Counted from the stretch's first letter, positions 18,111-27,881 are shown. The stretch is 64,000 bases of DNA from an uncultured delta proteobacterium (GCA_963767925.1 CAVYGB010000006.1:128001-192000); one strand, 5' to 3'. The notes: generated by a model not told the origin, from the sequence alone. Numbers and translations: made by a program.

Positions 18111-19520
18111 ATGTTCACCAAGATCGCGCTCGCCGCCCTGACGGCGCTGCTGCTGGGCTGCACCCCCCACACCGACAGCCTGGCGCCCGGCGGGGTGCCC
18201 ATCACCTTCGGGGCGGCCATCTCCCGCACCGGCAGCTCCGCCGTCGACACCTGGGCCAACGCCTTCGAGCTGGCCGCCGCCGACGCCAACGAGGGGTTGC
18301 GCCTGGCCCGCTTCCCGATGGGGCGGGTCTCCTTCGAGACGGTCGTCGTCGACTCGGCCAACCGGGCCGAGGTGGCCGCGCGCAAGACCATGAACATGGT
18401 CCGCAACGAGAACATCCTCATGGTCCTCAACGGCACCAGCGCCGACTCCGCCGCGCTGGTGGGGCTGAACCACAACCCCGACGTCAGCCAGCGGCCCAAC
18501 ATCCCGGTTGTCTGTGTGGCCTGCAGCTCCCCCAGCCACCACAACCCGGCCGCCAGCAACCCCGACCCGGTCCTGCAAGCGGCCTTCCGCAACGAGGACC
18601 GCTGGCACTTCGGCCTGTCGATGTCTTCCACCCCCCAGAGCCTGGTGCTGGCGCGGATCATCACCTCCAAGGGCGACCGGGGCGACAGCAATGGCGACGG
18701 CAAGCTGAAGGTCTCCACCATCCACATCAACGACGACTTCGGCCGGGGGTTCGCCGCCGTGCTGAGCCAGGCCATCTTGCGCTTCCGCCCCGACGCCATC
18801 ATCGAGCAGCTCAGCCACCCGGCCAGCAACGAGCTGCTCAACGACCTCGGCCTGTGGAGCGAGAACATGCGCCTGCTGGCCGACGACCGCACCGGCGAGG
18901 TGCGCGACGTGCGGCCCGACATCGTCCTCGAGATAACCTTTCCCCAGTATTCGCTGGCCATCTTGAAGGCCTACTCGGCGGGCAACTACCAGGTCCCCTT
19001 CCTGCACACCCACAGCATGCGGGAAAAGACGGTCGTGATTCAGGCCGGGCGCAGCCTCGACGGCCACGAGGGGACCTCCTACCTGCCGCTCGACGGGGAG
19101 TCGGGCGCGCTGTTCGACGCCCGCTTCCTCAAGAACGTGGGCATCTCGCGCCAGAGCCAGTGGGACGGCCACGTCTACGACGGGTTCTTCCTGGCCGCCC
19201 TCGCCACGATGATCGCCGCCAGGGAGGCCCGGACGCCGCTCGGGATGTACGGCTACCAGGTCCGCGACGCCATGTTGAAGGTCAACGACCCGGGCGGGGC
19301 CATCATCCGCCCGGGGCCCCAGGGGTTCGCCCGGGCCGCCGAGCTGATCGCCGCCGGGCAGCCCATCAACTACGAGGGGGCCTCGGGCACGTGCGACTTC
19401 GACGACTACGGGCGGGCGCTCAACCGCATCGCCCACTGGTCGGTGGACCAGCAGCAGGTCAACGACCTGGCGGTCTACGACTGCGCCTCCGACCCGGTCG
19501 AGTGCCCCAAGGTGCCGTAG
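18111..19520 (+). CDS. Periplasmic binding protein type 1 (LivJ/K-like) lipoprotein
   Basis: Lipobox LLGC, FELAAADAN, DDFGRG, YDG..LAALA, INYEGASG.CDFD..G. Confidence 0.75.
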   Translation: MFTKIALAALTALLLGCTPHTDSLAPGGVPITFGAAISRTGSSAVDTWANAFELAAADANEGLRLARFPMGRVSFETVVVDSANRAEVAARKTMNMVRNENILMVLNGTSADSAALVGLNHNPDVSQRPNIPVVCVACSSPSHHNPAASNPDPVLQAAFRNEDRWHFGLSMSSTPQSLVLARIITSKGDRGDSNGDGKLKVSTIHINDDFGRGFAAVLSQAILRFRPDAIIEQLSHPASNELLNDLGLWSENMRLLADDRTGEVRDVRPDIVLEITFPQYSLAILKAYSAGNYQVPFLHTHSMREKTVVIQAGRSLDGHEGTSYLPLDGESGALFDARFLKNVGISRQSQWDGHVYDGFFLAALATMIAAREARTPLGMYGYQVRDAMLKVNDPGGAIIRPGPQGFARAAELIAAGQPINYEGASGTCDFDDYGRALNRIAHWSVDQQQVNDLAVYDCASDPVECPKVP

Positions 19521-19746
19521 TCGCCGCGCCGGCGTCCCGACCTCGCCCCCAGGCCGCGCCGCCGCCAGCCTGACCTGGCCCGGGTATCGCCCCCAGGCCA
19601 GGGCGCCGCCGCCCTGACCTCGCCCGAGCGTCTCCGCCGGGCTTCTCCGGAACCGACCTGGTCGGGGCCTACATTTCGCTCGAGGTTCTTCCGAAACCTG
19701 ATCCGGAGCCGATCTGCTGGCTCGGATCCGAATCAGGAGATTGCCC

Positions 19747-20925
19747 ATGAACCCCGCCCCGTCCCCACCACCAGAGTCCGGAGCACCGGGACGGGTGCTG
19801 CTGGTCGAGGATGACGACGCGCTGTTACGGAGCTGTCGCCGCGTGCTGGAAGCGGCCGGATTCGTGGTCGAAACCGCCTCCGACGGCGAGCAGGCCACCC
19901 GGGCGCTGGGCCAGCGCGGCTTCGACGCGGTCGTGAGCGACATCGCCATGCCCCAGGTGGGCGGGATCGAGCTGCTCAAGGCCATCCGGGGGCGGGACAA
20001 CGACGTGCCCGTCATTCTCATGACGGCCTTCGCCGAGCTCGGCACGGCGCTCGACGCGATCGAATACGGGGCCCTGGCCTACCTGAGAAAGCCCTTTGGC
20101 CTCGATGCCTTGCGCACGTCCGTCACGAAGGCGGTGCGCCTGCACCGGCTGGCGCGGATGAAACGCGAGGCGGTGGCCCACGTGGGGGACGAGCCGATCC
20201 GCCTGGGCGACCGCATGGGCCTCGAGGGGGCCTTCGACCGGGCCATCGGCAGCCTGTGGATGGCGTTCCAGCCTCTGGTGGCGGTCTCGCGCCAGGAGGT
20301 GATCGCCTACGAGGCGCTGCTGCGCACCACCGAGCCGGACCTGCCCCACCCGGGGGCGGTGCTCAGCGCGGCGGCCCGGCTGGGGCGCCTGCAGGAGCTG
20401 GGGCGCACGATCCGGGCGCAGGTGGCCTCCCACATGCCGGACTGTCCGGCGGAGTCGGTGTTCGTGAACCTGCACGGACGCGACCTGCTCGACGATCACC
20501 TGTACGCCGCCGACGCCCCGCTGACTGCCTTCGCCCCGCGGGTGGTCCTCGAGATCACCGAGCGCGCCTCGCTGGAAGAGGTGAAGGGGTTCGAGGGGCG
20601 GGCCCGCGAATTGCGCAAGCTCGGCTTCCGGCTCGCCATCGACGACCTCGGCGCGGGCTACGCCGGGCTGACGAGCTTTGCCCAGCTCGAACCCGAGGTG
20701 GTCAAGTTCGACATGTCGCTGGTGCGGAACATCGACCGCTCGCCGGTGCGGCAGCGGCTGGTGGGGGCGATGAGCGCGGTGTTCCGCGAGATGCGGGCCA
20801 TGGTGGTGGCCGAAGGGGTCGAGACGCCGGCGGAGCGCGACACGCTCACTGGCCTGGGCTGCGACATCCTGCAGGGTTACCTGTTCGCCAAGCCGGGCCG
20901 GCCCTTCCCCACCGCGAAGTGGTGA
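19747..20925 (+). CDS. Response regulator with EAL c-di-GMP phosphodiesterase domain
   Basis: LLVEDD/SDIAMP/KP receiver; EALLR, EITE, DDLGAGY, EGVET and QGYL all intact. Confidence 0.92.
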   Translation: MNPAPSPPPESGAPGRVLLVEDDDALLRSCRRVLEAAGFVVETASDGEQATRALGQRGFDAVVSDIAMPQVGGIELLKAIRGRDNDVPVILMTAFAELGTALDAIEYGALAYLRKPFGLDALRTSVTKAVRLHRLARMKREAVAHVGDEPIRLGDRMGLEGAFDRAIGSLWMAFQPLVAVSRQEVIAYEALLRTTEPDLPHPGAVLSAAARLGRLQELGRTIRAQVASHMPDCPAESVFVNLHGRDLLDDHLYAADAPLTAFAPRVVLEITERASLEEVKGFEGRARELRKLGFRLAIDDLGAGYAGLTSFAQLEPEVVKFDMSLVRNIDRSPVRQRLVGAMSAVFREMRAMVVAEGVETPAERDTLTGLGCDILQGYLFAKPGRPFPTAKW

Positions 20926-20964
20926 GCGCTTGACTCGGCCGGGGATCCCTGGAGGGATCGCCCG

Positions 20965-21528
20965 GTGCGCCCGCGCGCGATGATCCGACGGCCGTTGCCG
21001 GTCCGCGCCGTGAGGCGAGGGGGCGGCGGTGTCGTGCGGGTGCTGCGGGGGCAGGATCGGGTGGCGCGGGGGGCAATCGCCGCGTTCTTGTGGGCGATGG
21101 TGCTGGGGCCGGCGTTGCACCTGATCGATCACCGTGATGATCACGTGCACGGTGCGGGCGGAGCGCGCGGGCACGGACCCGTACACGAGGGCGTTCTCGG
21201 GCACGACAACGTACACGTGCACGGTTCCGAGAACGTGCACGTGCACGAAAGCGAGGACGTGCACGAGAACGATGGCGCGCGCGGAGCGGACCGGAGGGCG
21301 GGGGACGGCGCGGACGATCCATCGGCGCCGGTGCGGGGGCCCCACGGCGATGGGCAGGCGTTGCACTTCGGGCTCGCCTTTCTCGGCGGCGCCACGCCGA
21401 TGGTCCTGCCTGCGCCGGAGGTGAACGCCCCGCTGGGCGTGCGGGCGCCTCACGCTTCGGTTCGGCCGCGGGCGTTGTCGGCGGCCCACCGGCCGCGGGG
21501 GCCGCCGGGCCTCGCGCCGCTCGGCTGA
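20965..21528 (+). CDS. His-rich exported leader protein with C-terminal RGPP motif (DUF2946/CruR-like)
   Basis: Hydrophobic segment, HVH repeats and a HRPRGPP near the C-terminus; directly upstream of a TonB receptor. Start uncertain. Confidence 0.65.
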   Translation: MRPRAMIRRPLPVRAVRRGGGGVVRVLRGQDRVARGAIAAFLWAMVLGPALHLIDHRDDHVHGAGGARGHGPVHEGVLGHDNVHVHGSENVHVHESEDVHENDGARGADRRAGDGADDPSAPVRGPHGDGQALHFGLAFLGGATPMVLPAPEVNAPLGVRAPHASVRPRALSAAHRPRGPPGLAPLG

Positions 21529-21686
21529 GACCGGACGTCCCGTTCGGGCGCGATCTGCGCCGCGGCTGGACCTCCGTCCACGCCGGGATTCCCGTTCACC
21601 GGAGGCTCCGACGTGCGTCGGGTGCGTGTTGCTGCGCCCGTCGTGTGCCTCCGACCGCCGTGATCCAACCGAACCGCCGTGATCCA

Positions 21687-23876
21687 ATGATCGACTCCTC
21701 TCCTCTTCAGGTTGCGCCCGCTGGCCTGCAGCGGGACCCCACCGCCGCCTCCGCCTGCCGGCGGCGGCCCGCGCTCGCCCTGGTGGCGCTGGGCACGGCC
21801 TGGCTCGCCGCGCGGAGCGCGGCCGGCGCGGCGGCCCACGATCCCCCGCTTTCGACGAGCCCGGCGCCGCCTCCGGCGATGGTCACGGGCGAGCCACAGA
21901 GCCTGGAGTTCACCTCGTCGCCACCCGAGGGCAGCGCCGAGCGCCGGGTGGACGCCGCCACCCTGGAGACCACGCCGCGCAGCTCGGCCGACGATCTGCT
22001 GCGCCTGGTGCCGGGGTTGCTCATCACCCGACACGGGGCCGAGGGCAAGGGGCGGCAGATCTTCCTGCGCGGCTTCGACGCCGTCCACGGGGCCGACCTG
22101 GAGGTGACCGTCGACGGCGTCCCCTGGAACGAGGCCTCGAACGTGCACGGCCAGGGGTACCTCGACCTCGGCACCTTGATCCCGGAGGCGCTCGGCGGGG
22201 TCGACGCCCACAAGGGCTCTTTCCGGATCGAGCAGGGGCCCTTCGCCACCGCGGGCAGCGTGCGCTTCGAGCTGGGGATCGCGCCCGAGCGGCGGGGCGC
22301 CCGGCTGAGCTACGAGATCGGCTCGACCCGGCGCCACCGGGTGGTGGGCTCGCTGGCCTCCGCCGATGGGGGATCTTTCCTCGTCGCCGAGGTCCTGCGC
22401 GACGGCGGCTACGGGCGCAACCGCGACACCGATCGCGCCGCCCTGCTGGGGCGCACGGTGCTGCTGCGGGCCGGCCGCGCCCTCCTGACCCTGTTCGGCG
22501 GGGCCCACGTCAGCCGCTTCGGCGAGCCGGGCACGGTGCCCCTGGCCTGGGAGCGCGCCGGACGGGTCGGCTTTTACGACAGTCTCCAGCCCGAGACGGC
22601 CAGCGCCTCGGCGCGGGCCTTCTCCGCCCTGCGCTTCTCCTTCACCGACGCGGGCGGCGGGGTCAGCTCGGCGCTCGTTTACGGGCAGGCCCGCCGGCTG
22701 CGCCTCGACGAGAACTTCACCGGGTTCCTGCTCGACCCGGAGCGGGGCGACCGGCTGGGGCAGCAGCACCAGGCGTTCGGCGGCGGGCTGCGGCTGGCCC
22801 ACACCCGTCCCCTGGGGCCGCGGCTGCAGCTCCTCTCCGGCCTGGACGCCGGCCCCGAAAAGATCGGCCAGCACGAGGATCACCTCGACGGCGGCGGGGT
22901 CGCCTTCGCCCGCACCCGCTGGCTGCGTGGGCGTCAGGCGACCGCGGCCGCCCGCCTGGGCGCGGGCTGGCTGGCCCGGAGCTGGCTGCGGCTCGAGGGC
23001 GGCCTGCGGGCCCAGGCCTTCCTGTTCGACGTCACCGGGGCGCAGCCGGGCGCGGGGAGCCCGATCGCGACCGAGACCCGGGCGGGCGCCGCGACCGGAA
23101 CCGCGACGACGCTGGCCTGGCTGCCCCGGCTGCAGGCGCTGATCGACCCCCACCCCGCCGTGAGCCTGCTGCTGGCCTACGGCCGGGGGGTGCGCCCGCC
23201 CGAGGCGCGCGCGGTGCTGGTGCGCCCGGCGACGACCGGGGACCTGGATCTGTCGGGCTACCGGGGCGGCTCGCCGCGGCCCACCCTGTCCGACGATCTC
23301 GAGGTGGGGGTGCGGCTGCGGCCGGGCGAGCGGGTCGATCTCGGCGCGGGGGCCTTCGCGGTCCACATCGCCCGCGAGCAGATCTTCGACCACCTGGCCG
23401 GCACCAACCTCGAGCTCAACGCCACCCGCCGGCTGGGGCTGGAGGCCGACGCGACGGTGCGGCCCCTGCCCGGCCTGGTCCTGCGGGCCGACGTCACGGC
23501 GGTGAGCGCCCGCTTCGCCCGCTCGGGCCGCCCGGTACCGGGCGCGCCCACCCTGTTCGGCGCGCTCGAGGCCCACGCCGAGCACCCCGCCGGCCTGTCG
23601 GGCGGCGCCCGCTTCTTCGCGGTGGCGCCACGCCCCCTGGCCCACGGCGCCCGCGCTGGAGCGCTGTCGATGCTGGACGCCCGGCTCCTGTACCGGCGGG
23701 GAGCCTGGGAGGTCTCCCTCGAGGTCGAGAATTTGCTCGGCGCGCGCCTGCGCGAGGGCGAGTTCAACTATGCCTCCTGGTTCGACCGCGGCGAGGGCCG
23801 CAGCCTGGTGCCGCGCGTGCACTACGCCGCCGGTCCGCCCCGCACGGCGCGGGCCGGGATCGGCGCCCGCTTCTGA
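21687..23876 (+). CDS. TonB-dependent receptor (probably metal-related)
   Basis: LLRLVPGL.ITRHGAEGKG.QIFLRGFDAVHG.D, N.HGQGYLDL, ENLL, C-terminal Phe. Confidence 0.9.
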   Translation: MIDSSPLQVAPAGLQRDPTAASACRRRPALALVALGTAWLAARSAAGAAAHDPPLSTSPAPPPAMVTGEPQSLEFTSSPPEGSAERRVDAATLETTPRSSADDLLRLVPGLLITRHGAEGKGRQIFLRGFDAVHGADLEVTVDGVPWNEASNVHGQGYLDLGTLIPEALGGVDAHKGSFRIEQGPFATAGSVRFELGIAPERRGARLSYEIGSTRRHRVVGSLASADGGSFLVAEVLRDGGYGRNRDTDRAALLGRTVLLRAGRALLTLFGGAHVSRFGEPGTVPLAWERAGRVGFYDSLQPETASASARAFSALRFSFTDAGGGVSSALVYGQARRLRLDENFTGFLLDPERGDRLGQQHQAFGGGLRLAHTRPLGPRLQLLSGLDAGPEKIGQHEDHLDGGGVAFARTRWLRGRQATAAARLGAGWLARSWLRLEGGLRAQAFLFDVTGAQPGAGSPIATETRAGAATGTATTLAWLPRLQALIDPHPAVSLLLAYGRGVRPPEARAVLVRPATTGDLDLSGYRGGSPRPTLSDDLEVGVRLRPGERVDLGAGAFAVHIAREQIFDHLAGTNLELNATRRLGLEADATVRPLPGLVLRADVTAVSARFARSGRPVPGAPTLFGALEAHAEHPAGLSGGARFFAVAPRPLAHGARAGALSMLDARLLYRRGAWEVSLEVENLLGARLREGEFNYASWFDRGEGRSLVPRVHYAAGPPRTARAGIGARF

Positions 23877-23906
23877 TCGACGGACCCGCTGCTGAAGGAG
23901 AGAGCC

Positions 23907-24743
23907 ATGCACCCCACGAGAGACACCCGGGCAATGACCGCGCCCCCCACCGGCTGGCTCCGGCTCGCGGCCCTTGTCGCCACAGTCGCCGCGGTCGTCC
24001 TCGGCGCCGCCCTGGCGGGAGGCTGCAGCAGCGAGGAGGCGCCGCGGGTCTCCCTGCCGGTGGCGGTGGACGCCAGCGCCGCGAGCAAGGCGGTCACCAG
24101 CGACCTGGGCTACACGGTGACGCTGGTGCGGGCCCGGGCCGCCCTGCGCGATCTGCAGTTCACGGTCGGGGGCGAGACCCACACCTCGTGGCTGCGGCGG
24201 CTCGGCGACCTGATCGTCCCCGTGGCCCACGCCCACCCCGGGCACGCGGGCGGGGGCGAGGTGGTGGGCGAGCTGCCGGGGCCGCTGCTGGTCGACTGGC
24301 TGCAGGAGGGGGCCTCGATGGGCGTCGCCCTCATGCTGGCCGGGAAATACCAGGGGGCCAACTTCGGGTTCCGGATCGCCGGGGCGGCCGAGCTGCCGGC
24401 CGGGGATCCCCTGGTCGGGCACACCTACGCCTTCGAGGGCACCGCCAGCAAGAACGGCCGCACGCTGGCCTTCTCGGCGCTCGTCGACGTCGACGCCAGC
24501 GCCGCGCTGGTCGGGGCCCCGTTCGATCACGAGGTGGTGGCCGGCCGGCCGGAGGCCCTGGGGCTGCGCCTGCTGCCGGTCGATCCGACCGACGCGAGCG
24601 ACACCATCTGGAACCAGATCGACTTCTTCTCCCTCCCCGGCGCCGCCGCGGGCGCGGCCACCCTCGCCGCGCCCCAGGAGGCGCACAACCGGCTCGTGCG
24701 GGCGCTGCGCGTCCACGACCACTACGACATCACCCACCGCTGA
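23907..24743 (+). CDS. Putative metal-binding lipoprotein (AHAHPGH motif)
   Basis: AAGGAG RBS, lipobox LAGGC, AHAHPGH, C-terminal HDHYDITH. Confidence 0.75.
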   Translation: MHPTRDTRAMTAPPTGWLRLAALVATVAAVVLGAALAGGCSSEEAPRVSLPVAVDASAASKAVTSDLGYTVTLVRARAALRDLQFTVGGETHTSWLRRLGDLIVPVAHAHPGHAGGGEVVGELPGPLLVDWLQEGASMGVALMLAGKYQGANFGFRIAGAAELPAGDPLVGHTYAFEGTASKNGRTLAFSALVDVDASAALVGAPFDHEVVAGRPEALGLRLLPVDPTDASDTIWNQIDFFSLPGAAAGAATLAAPQEAHNRLVRALRVHDHYDITHR

Positions 24744-24767
24744 AGCCAGCCAAGGAGAGACAGGACG

Positions 24768-25610
24768 ATGACGAAACCCCGAAGCCTCTTTTCCTCACGG
24801 GCGCTGGCGCCGGTCCTGGCCTGGGTGGCCCTGCTGGCCGGCGGCTGCGGCGAGCCGGCCCCCGGGACGGTCGAGGTGACCATCTACGGCGAAGACTTCA
24901 TCGAGGAGGGCATCGCCGCCGAGGAATTCAGCGACGGCTGGGCGGTCACGTTCGACCGCTTCCTCGTCACCCTCTCGGAGGTGGCGGTGGCGACGGGCCA
25001 CAGCGCGCCCGCGCTCAGCGAGCCGGGGCAGCGGGTGTTCGACCTGGCCCGGCCGACGATGGGCCTCGGCACCAAGGTGGCGAGCAAGACGCTCGAGGGG
25101 GGCACGTACGACCACGTCACCTACCAGATCGGCCCGGCCCGGGCCGGCGCCACCGCCGGCAACAGCCTGGACGGCGGGGTGCTCGAGGGGCTGGTGGCGG
25201 GGGGCGAGGCGGTGCGGGTCGCGGGCAGCGCGGTCAAGGCGGGCCAGACGGTCCGCTTCTCCTGGGGCTTTCCCCGGCGGACCGATCACGCCTGCCACGT
25301 GGGGCTCGCGGTCGACGGCGGCACCGCGAAGACCGAGATCACCATCCACGGCGACCACCTGTTCTACGACGACCTCGTCTCGACGGAGCCGAACCTGGCC
25401 TTCGATCTCATCGCCGCCTCGGACGCCGACGGCGACGGCAACGTCACCCAGGCCGAGCTGACCACGAAGGACATCCGCGGCCAGGCCCGCTACCAGGTCG
25501 GCAACATCGCCGCGACAAACCTCTGGGCCTTCCTCGCCCACCAGGCCACCACGCTGGGCCATATCGACGGCGAAGGGCATTGCGACACAACGACCTCGCC
25601 GGGCCAGTAG
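24768..25610 (+). CDS. Putative metal-binding lipoprotein
   Basis: Lipobox LAGGC, YGEDFIEEGI, HGDHLFYD, EF-hand-like DADGDGNVTQAE, GHIDGEGHC. Confidence 0.75.
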   Translation: MTKPRSLFSSRALAPVLAWVALLAGGCGEPAPGTVEVTIYGEDFIEEGIAAEEFSDGWAVTFDRFLVTLSEVAVATGHSAPALSEPGQRVFDLARPTMGLGTKVASKTLEGGTYDHVTYQIGPARAGATAGNSLDGGVLEGLVAGGEAVRVAGSAVKAGQTVRFSWGFPRRTDHACHVGLAVDGGTAKTEITIHGDHLFYDDLVSTEPNLAFDLIAASDADGDGNVTQAELTTKDIRGQARYQVGNIAATNLWAFLAHQATTLGHIDGEGHCDTTTSPGQ

Positions 25611-25617
25611 CGGGAGG

Positions 25618-25663
25618 TGCGACGGATTGTCGCGGGGGGGCGCCGAATCGCGGGGTTTAGAAT
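25618..25663 (+). promoter_or_regulatory. Candidate RegA/PrrA-type box (GCGAC-N5-GTCGC) and -10 element TAGAAT
   Basis: TGCGACGGATTGTCGCG at 25618-25634; TAGAAT at 25658-25663, 7 nt before ATG 25671. Confidence 0.55.
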
Positions 25664-25670
25664 GGCGGGG

Positions 25671-26999
25671 ATGCGCCGCGAAGCGGTAGGGGGGGAGCTG
25701 CTCGAGACGCCGGACCGGATCAATCTGTCCTGGTTGGTCCGGTTGCGGTGGGGGGCCATCGTGGGGCAGTTGCTCACCATCTTCGTCGTCGACCGGACGA
25801 TGGGGATCCCGCTGCCGCTCACGCCGCTGCTGGGAGTGGTGGGGCTGGAGGCGGCGGGCAACGCGGGGGCGATGTTGTGGCTGGGCGAGCGGCGGCCGGT
25901 GCGGGACTGGATGTTGCCCGCGGCGATGGCCTTCGACGTCGTGATGTTGACCGGGCTGCTCTTCTTCACGGGCGGGCCCTTCAACCCCTTCAGCTTCCTC
26001 TACCTCGTGCACATCGCCCTGGGGGCGGTGGTGCTGCGGCCGGTCTGGACCTGGTCGCTGGTCGGGCTCTCCCTAGTCTGCTCGGGCGCGCTGTTCTACG
26101 GGCACGTCTGGCTCAAGCTCGACTACTCCGATCCGACAAGCCACGCGCAGCACATGCGCATGCACCTCGAGGGGATGTGGATCGCCTTCGCGGTGGCGGC
26201 CGGGTTCATCGTCTACTTCGTCACCCGGGTGCGCCGGGCCCTGTCGCGCCGGGAGGCCGACCTGGCGGCGGAGCGGGCGCTGGCCGCCCGCAACGAGCGG
26301 CTGGCCTCCCTGGCCACCCTGGCGGCGGGGGCGGCCCACGAGCTGGCCACCCCGCTCGGCACCATCGCGGTGGTGGCCCGGGAGCTCGAGCGGGTCACCG
26401 AGCGGCAGGGGCCCGGGCCGGCCCTCGAGGACATCCGGCTGATCCGGGCCCAGGTGGACCGCTGCCGGGCCATCCTCAGCCAGCTCGCCTCCGACGCCGG
26501 GGCGAGCGCGGGCGAGTCGTTCGTCCGGACCACGCTGTCCGAGGTCGTCGCCCTGGCCCTCGATGGTCTGCCGGCCGAACCCCCGGTGCGGACCGACCTC
26601 CCCGCGGGCCAGGCGCGGGAGATCCTGGTGCCGCGGCGGGCGCTGGCGCAGGCCCTGCGGGCCGTGATGAAAAACGCGCAGGACGCCTCGGGCGCCGGCG
26701 CCGAGGTGCAGGTGACGGCCCGGGACGAAGGGGACCGGCTGCTGCTCGAGGTGGCCGATCGGGGCGCCGGCATGCCGCCCGAGGTGCTGGCCCGGGCCGG
26801 CGAGCCGTTCTTCACCACCAAGGCGCCCGGCCGGGGCATGGGGCTGGGGCTGTTCCTGGCCCGCTCGCTTGTCGAGAGTCTCGGCGGCAGCTTCGCCCTG
26901 CGCTCGTCGGCGGGACGGGGGACCACGGTGGCGCTGGGCTTTCCCCTGGCGACCCCGCTGCCCGAGCGGGCCACCGTCGCCGCCGAGGCGCTGGCGTGA
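25671..26999 (+). CDS. regB: RegB/PrrB-family sensor histidine kinase
   Basis: WLVRLRW, TGG..NPF in the TM region, HLEGMW, AAGAAHELATPL, DRCR.IL, GEPFFTTK, GMGLGLFL. Start could be 25662 or 25671. Confidence 0.85.
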   Translation: MRREAVGGELLETPDRINLSWLVRLRWGAIVGQLLTIFVVDRTMGIPLPLTPLLGVVGLEAAGNAGAMLWLGERRPVRDWMLPAAMAFDVVMLTGLLFFTGGPFNPFSFLYLVHIALGAVVLRPVWTWSLVGLSLVCSGALFYGHVWLKLDYSDPTSHAQHMRMHLEGMWIAFAVAAGFIVYFVTRVRRALSRREADLAAERALAARNERLASLATLAAGAAHELATPLGTIAVVARELERVTERQGPGPALEDIRLIRAQVDRCRAILSQLASDAGASAGESFVRTTLSEVVALALDGLPAEPPVRTDLPAGQAREILVPRRALAQALRAVMKNAQDASGAGAEVQVTARDEGDRLLLEVADRGAGMPPEVLARAGEPFFTTKAPGRGMGLGLFLARSLVESLGGSFALRSSAGRGTTVALGFPLATPLPERATVAAEALA

Positions 27000-27556
27000 C
27001 GGCCGCCCCCGGCCTCGAGCGGCCCACCCTGCTCGTCGTCGACGACGACGAGACCTTCCGCGAGCGGCTGGCCCGCGCCCTGGGAGACCGCGGGCTGGAG
27101 GTGCGGATGGCGGGGGACTTCACGAGCGGCCTGCAGGCGGCCGCGGTGGACCCGCCCGAGATGGCGATTGTCGACCTCAAGATGCCGGGCCGCTCGGGGC
27201 TGGATCTCGTGCGCGAGCTGCGCGCGCTGGACGCCAGCACGCGCATCGTCGTGCTCACCGGCTACGGCAGCATCGCCACCGCGGTGGAGGCGATGAAGCT
27301 CGGCGCGCGCCACTACCTCACCAAGCCGGCCGACGCCGACGAGATCCTCGCCGCCCTGGGGGCAGGGGCCGAGGAGGAGGTGGCGCCGGGACCCGCGGTG
27401 GGCGGGACGCCCTCGCTGGCCCGGGCCGAGTGGGAGCACATCCACCGGGTGCTGGCGGACTGCGCGGGCAACGTGTCGGAGGCGGCCCGGCGGCTGGGCC
27501 TGCACCGCCGGTCGCTGCAGCGCAAGCTGGCCCGCAACCCGCCCGGCGGCTACTAG
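26996..27556 (+). CDS. regA: RegA/PrrA-family response regulator
   Basis: LTGYGSIATAVEAMKLGA..YL.KP and SLARAEWEHI.RVL....GNVSEAARRLGLHRRSLQRKL. Confidence 0.9.
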   Translation: MTAAPGLERPTLLVVDDDETFRERLARALGDRGLEVRMAGDFTSGLQAAAVDPPEMAIVDLKMPGRSGLDLVRELRALDASTRIVVLTGYGSIATAVEAMKLGARHYLTKPADADEILAALGAGAEEEVAPGPAVGGTPSLARAEWEHIHRVLADCAGNVSEAARRLGLHRRSLQRKLARNPPGGY

Positions 27557-27881
27557 TGCACCGCAGTCGAAATAGCGTCAAGGCTGCGCCGACGATCCTG
27601 CGCCCCCGGGGCCGGGGGCCCGAGATAGTGAACTTGACAGTCGTTATCAGGTACTTCGGTCCGCCGCTGATCCCGAACGGAGGATCGATCGGACAGCGAG
27701 GCGGCTCCGGCCTGACGGCGGCTGGGGCGGCCGGCGGGGAGCGCTGGGCCTGCACTTGGGAGCTCGTCAGCGATGGGCCCGCTGCGCTCCGCTACCGTTG
27801 CGGGCCAGGCGGGCTCGGCGTCGGAGTTGGCAGTCGTCTGACGGGGGGGCGGTTGGGTTGACCCTCTCCTGGGGGGAGGAG

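Noticed and set aside
15572..20045. 1333-aa and 1379-aa ORFs
   Set aside because: Shadow frames of the TonB receptor and binding-protein genes; Arg/Pro/Gly-rich products typical of high-GC DNA.
27633..27638. TTGACA as a -35 box
   Set aside because: No correctly spaced -10 element and no convincing downstream plus-strand gene.
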